Part shown: positions 62,092 through 64,000 of the stretch, one piece after another
How positions within the stretch are numbered: the stretch's first letter is position 1
How the letters are laid out: each line of letters opens with the position of its first letter
Assembly (NCBI GenBank): GCA_013239625.1
Contig: MU053319.1
Coordinates: forward strand, 62,001-126,000
Reading direction: 5' to 3'
DNA from: Lama guanicoe
Lineage: Eukaryota
DNA length: 64,000 bases
Notes under the pieces: generated by a model
What the model was told of the DNA's origin: nothing
What the model saw: the letters and a program-made list of their open reading frames with translations, nothing else
The model's database searches: none
Made by a program: the position numbers and the translations under genes

Positions 62092-62395
62092 TGTTGTCCG
62101 TCTGTGGTTGATTCTCACCACAGAGAGCGGATGACATGGACGCCTTCAGAAGGGACTCAGAATCGCAAACACCCCAACCTCAGTGCCTTTAACAACAAGG
62201 TGTGTCTCTCCGTCATGCTCCTGGTCCAGCCTCGTCTAACTGGGGCTCTGCCCCACATCCTCCTCATTCTGGGGGCCAAGCTAACACAGCAACCCATTGT
62301 CTGGAGCCAGCAGATCAGAGAGAAAGACCGACACCAGTCACATCTGAAGATGGAGGGTGACAAATATTGGTGAATACCACTAATGACTACTGCAA
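62092..62395 (-). mobile_element. Old MLT1 LTR fragment
   Basis: accccaacctcagtgcctttaacaacaagg..ctctgccccacatcctcctcattctggg..aaatattggtgaata..taatgactac. Confidence 0.6.
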
Positions 62396-63329
62396 AGTAC
62401 AACCCAAACAACAGATGGCGTGGTTCCTTACAGCTGCGTGCACCAATGACAAGAAGTATGACCCCTCCTGGTACTTACCATTTTAGGCATATATTCATTC
62501 CTTCCTTTAAATTCATTTTTCTTTTCTTTCTTACTCAAGAAAAATAGTTTTAGAAGATGAGAAAGCTATAGGTCCTTCAGCCATCTGAAAGATCACAGTT
62601 TCTACTCTTCATGGCAGAAGAGTTTCGTACCAAATTATGTCTGTCTGGTGATTGGTCGGTTGGCTGGTGCGGTGGGTTAGTTAGCGGTCTGATTGTGTTG
62701 AAGGTAGGTATTACCCAACTCTAGGCAACCAGACAATAATGAAACCTGTGGTAGCAATCTTTCCCTGAGAAGCCACAGGTGTTTACCTGCAGCAGCCAAG
62801 CGAAGTCTCGAGAAAAAATCTAGAGCTTTTCATCCATTACAGGGCCATTTGGGATTAAAGTGATCAAAATTAACCACCCTGTTTGCTATGATTTCTACTA
62901 TATAATAATTTTCCAGTAAGTGGTGGAGGTGGTGTGATCTGCACTGAAAACCAGTAAAACGTATTTTTTATTCAGGTGGTTTCCTTCAATAGTCTGACTT
63001 TGAGCACGTCCATGTGTGTGTTTTGTTTCCGAGATGAAAAGAGAGTTTGACTCCACACATAAATAAAGGAGAAGGTTATTACCTAACTGGCAAATTATTA
63101 ATTATTGGCTTCTATGATCTCTATCTGAGCGTCCTAAGCTGGGGGGATCTTGTTTAATTTAAGCACTACCATTTATTTATTTCTACTTTGCACCTCACTT
63201 TTACAGCTTTTTCAATGCCTGTAAGAACACTCTTCCCCAAAGATCTCAAATAAGTACTTGAATAAAACTACAATATAAGCATAGCTATAAAGAATGCATT
63301 TAATTTCAAGGGCTGCTATAAAGAATTTT

Positions 63330-63612
63330 ACAAATGGCATGGCAGGGCCCTTTTATTGTCCCCAATTTCATTCCATAGCCTTTCTAACAGCCCTCCGGAG
63401 AGCAGAGCTAGGCTAGTGTCAATCCTTTTCATCAATTCACTTGGTTACAAAAGAAGAGCATTATCCTGGCGTTATGGGCATTGTTCAAGTTATTTGCAGT
63501 GTCCCTGTCGGAACGTTCTCTCCAATATAGTGCTGAACACAGACGTGATTTCTGAAGAACTTGCAAATATTGTTGGCATTAATGGGACAAGCTCAAATTT
63601 TGTCCAAGTAGG
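63330..63612 (-). other. Candidate terminal exon of an unidentified minus-strand gene (phase-0 reading PTWTKFELVPLMPTIFASSSEITSVFSTILERTFRQGHCK*, stop at 63490-63492)
   Basis: Branch-like CTAAT (63631-63635), polypyrimidine tract and ttttcttttcag acceptor at 63613; 40 open codons; AATAAA at 63352-63357; non-repetitive sequence. Confidence 0.5.
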
Positions 63613-64000
63613 CTGAAAAGAAAACAGCCCATTAGGTTAAAAATAAATGTCTTCTAGAATCAGCGCCAGCCCCCAGACAAGTTGTGAAGTGGTAAAAGAG
63701 ACCTTTTGTTTCTCCTCTTCTGAAAGAGCTTCCCAACGGAAGCCATCTGGACCCGCTGTTAATCAAGCATCTGTCAAGGTTGCTATGGCTAGGTATCAGA
63801 TAATTACTCCTTCTCAATCAGGACAGACCAACTTTGGGTCCATAGGTTTCAGACTTCTACAGTTATCCATTAACATTCTTTAATTTTGTACTTTTGTGAT
63901 GATTATAATCTAAAAAAAATTAAAACTAGGCAAAAATGGCAGAAGGGTTGCACAATCACGTGGCACACATTGGTCTCGGAGCTCCAAGTGCCACAGAGCA

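Noticed and set aside
63560..63600. In-frame TGA considered as a selenocysteine codon
   Set aside because: No SECIS-like element that I can support downstream, and no similarity to known selenoproteins

Overview
This is mammalian nuclear DNA, most likely from a camelid (alpaca, llama or camel). That call rests on several tRNA-derived Vic-1-type SINEs and about 19 short copies of one lineage-specific L1 3' end. The window is AT-rich and repeat-dense. I cannot support any complete, recognisable protein-coding gene, and the supplied ORF track is almost entirely chance ORFs or decayed L1/ERV sequence. Main contents: (i) a nested retroelement complex at about 8.9-14.7 kb, where a decayed ERVL gag-pol body is interrupted by an L1, a MER21-type LTR and two solo ERV1-type LTRs with exact 4-bp target-site duplications; (ii) a two-LTR MLT1 (MaLR) element at 23.5-25.4 kb; (iii) a 710-bp tandem duplication and a small duplication carrying an inverted templated insertion; (iv) three CpG/GC-rich promoter-like islands at about 32.3, 51.3 and 59.6 kb and an NF-kB-site enhancer candidate at 43.2 kb; (v) a likely terminal exon of an unidentified minus-strand gene at 63.3-63.6 kb, plus a speculative spliced minus-strand transcript between about 32.5 and 6.1 kb. 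I see no evidence of a novel multi-gene system. Repeat family names come from recalled consensus sequences and need RepeatMasker/Dfam confirmation.
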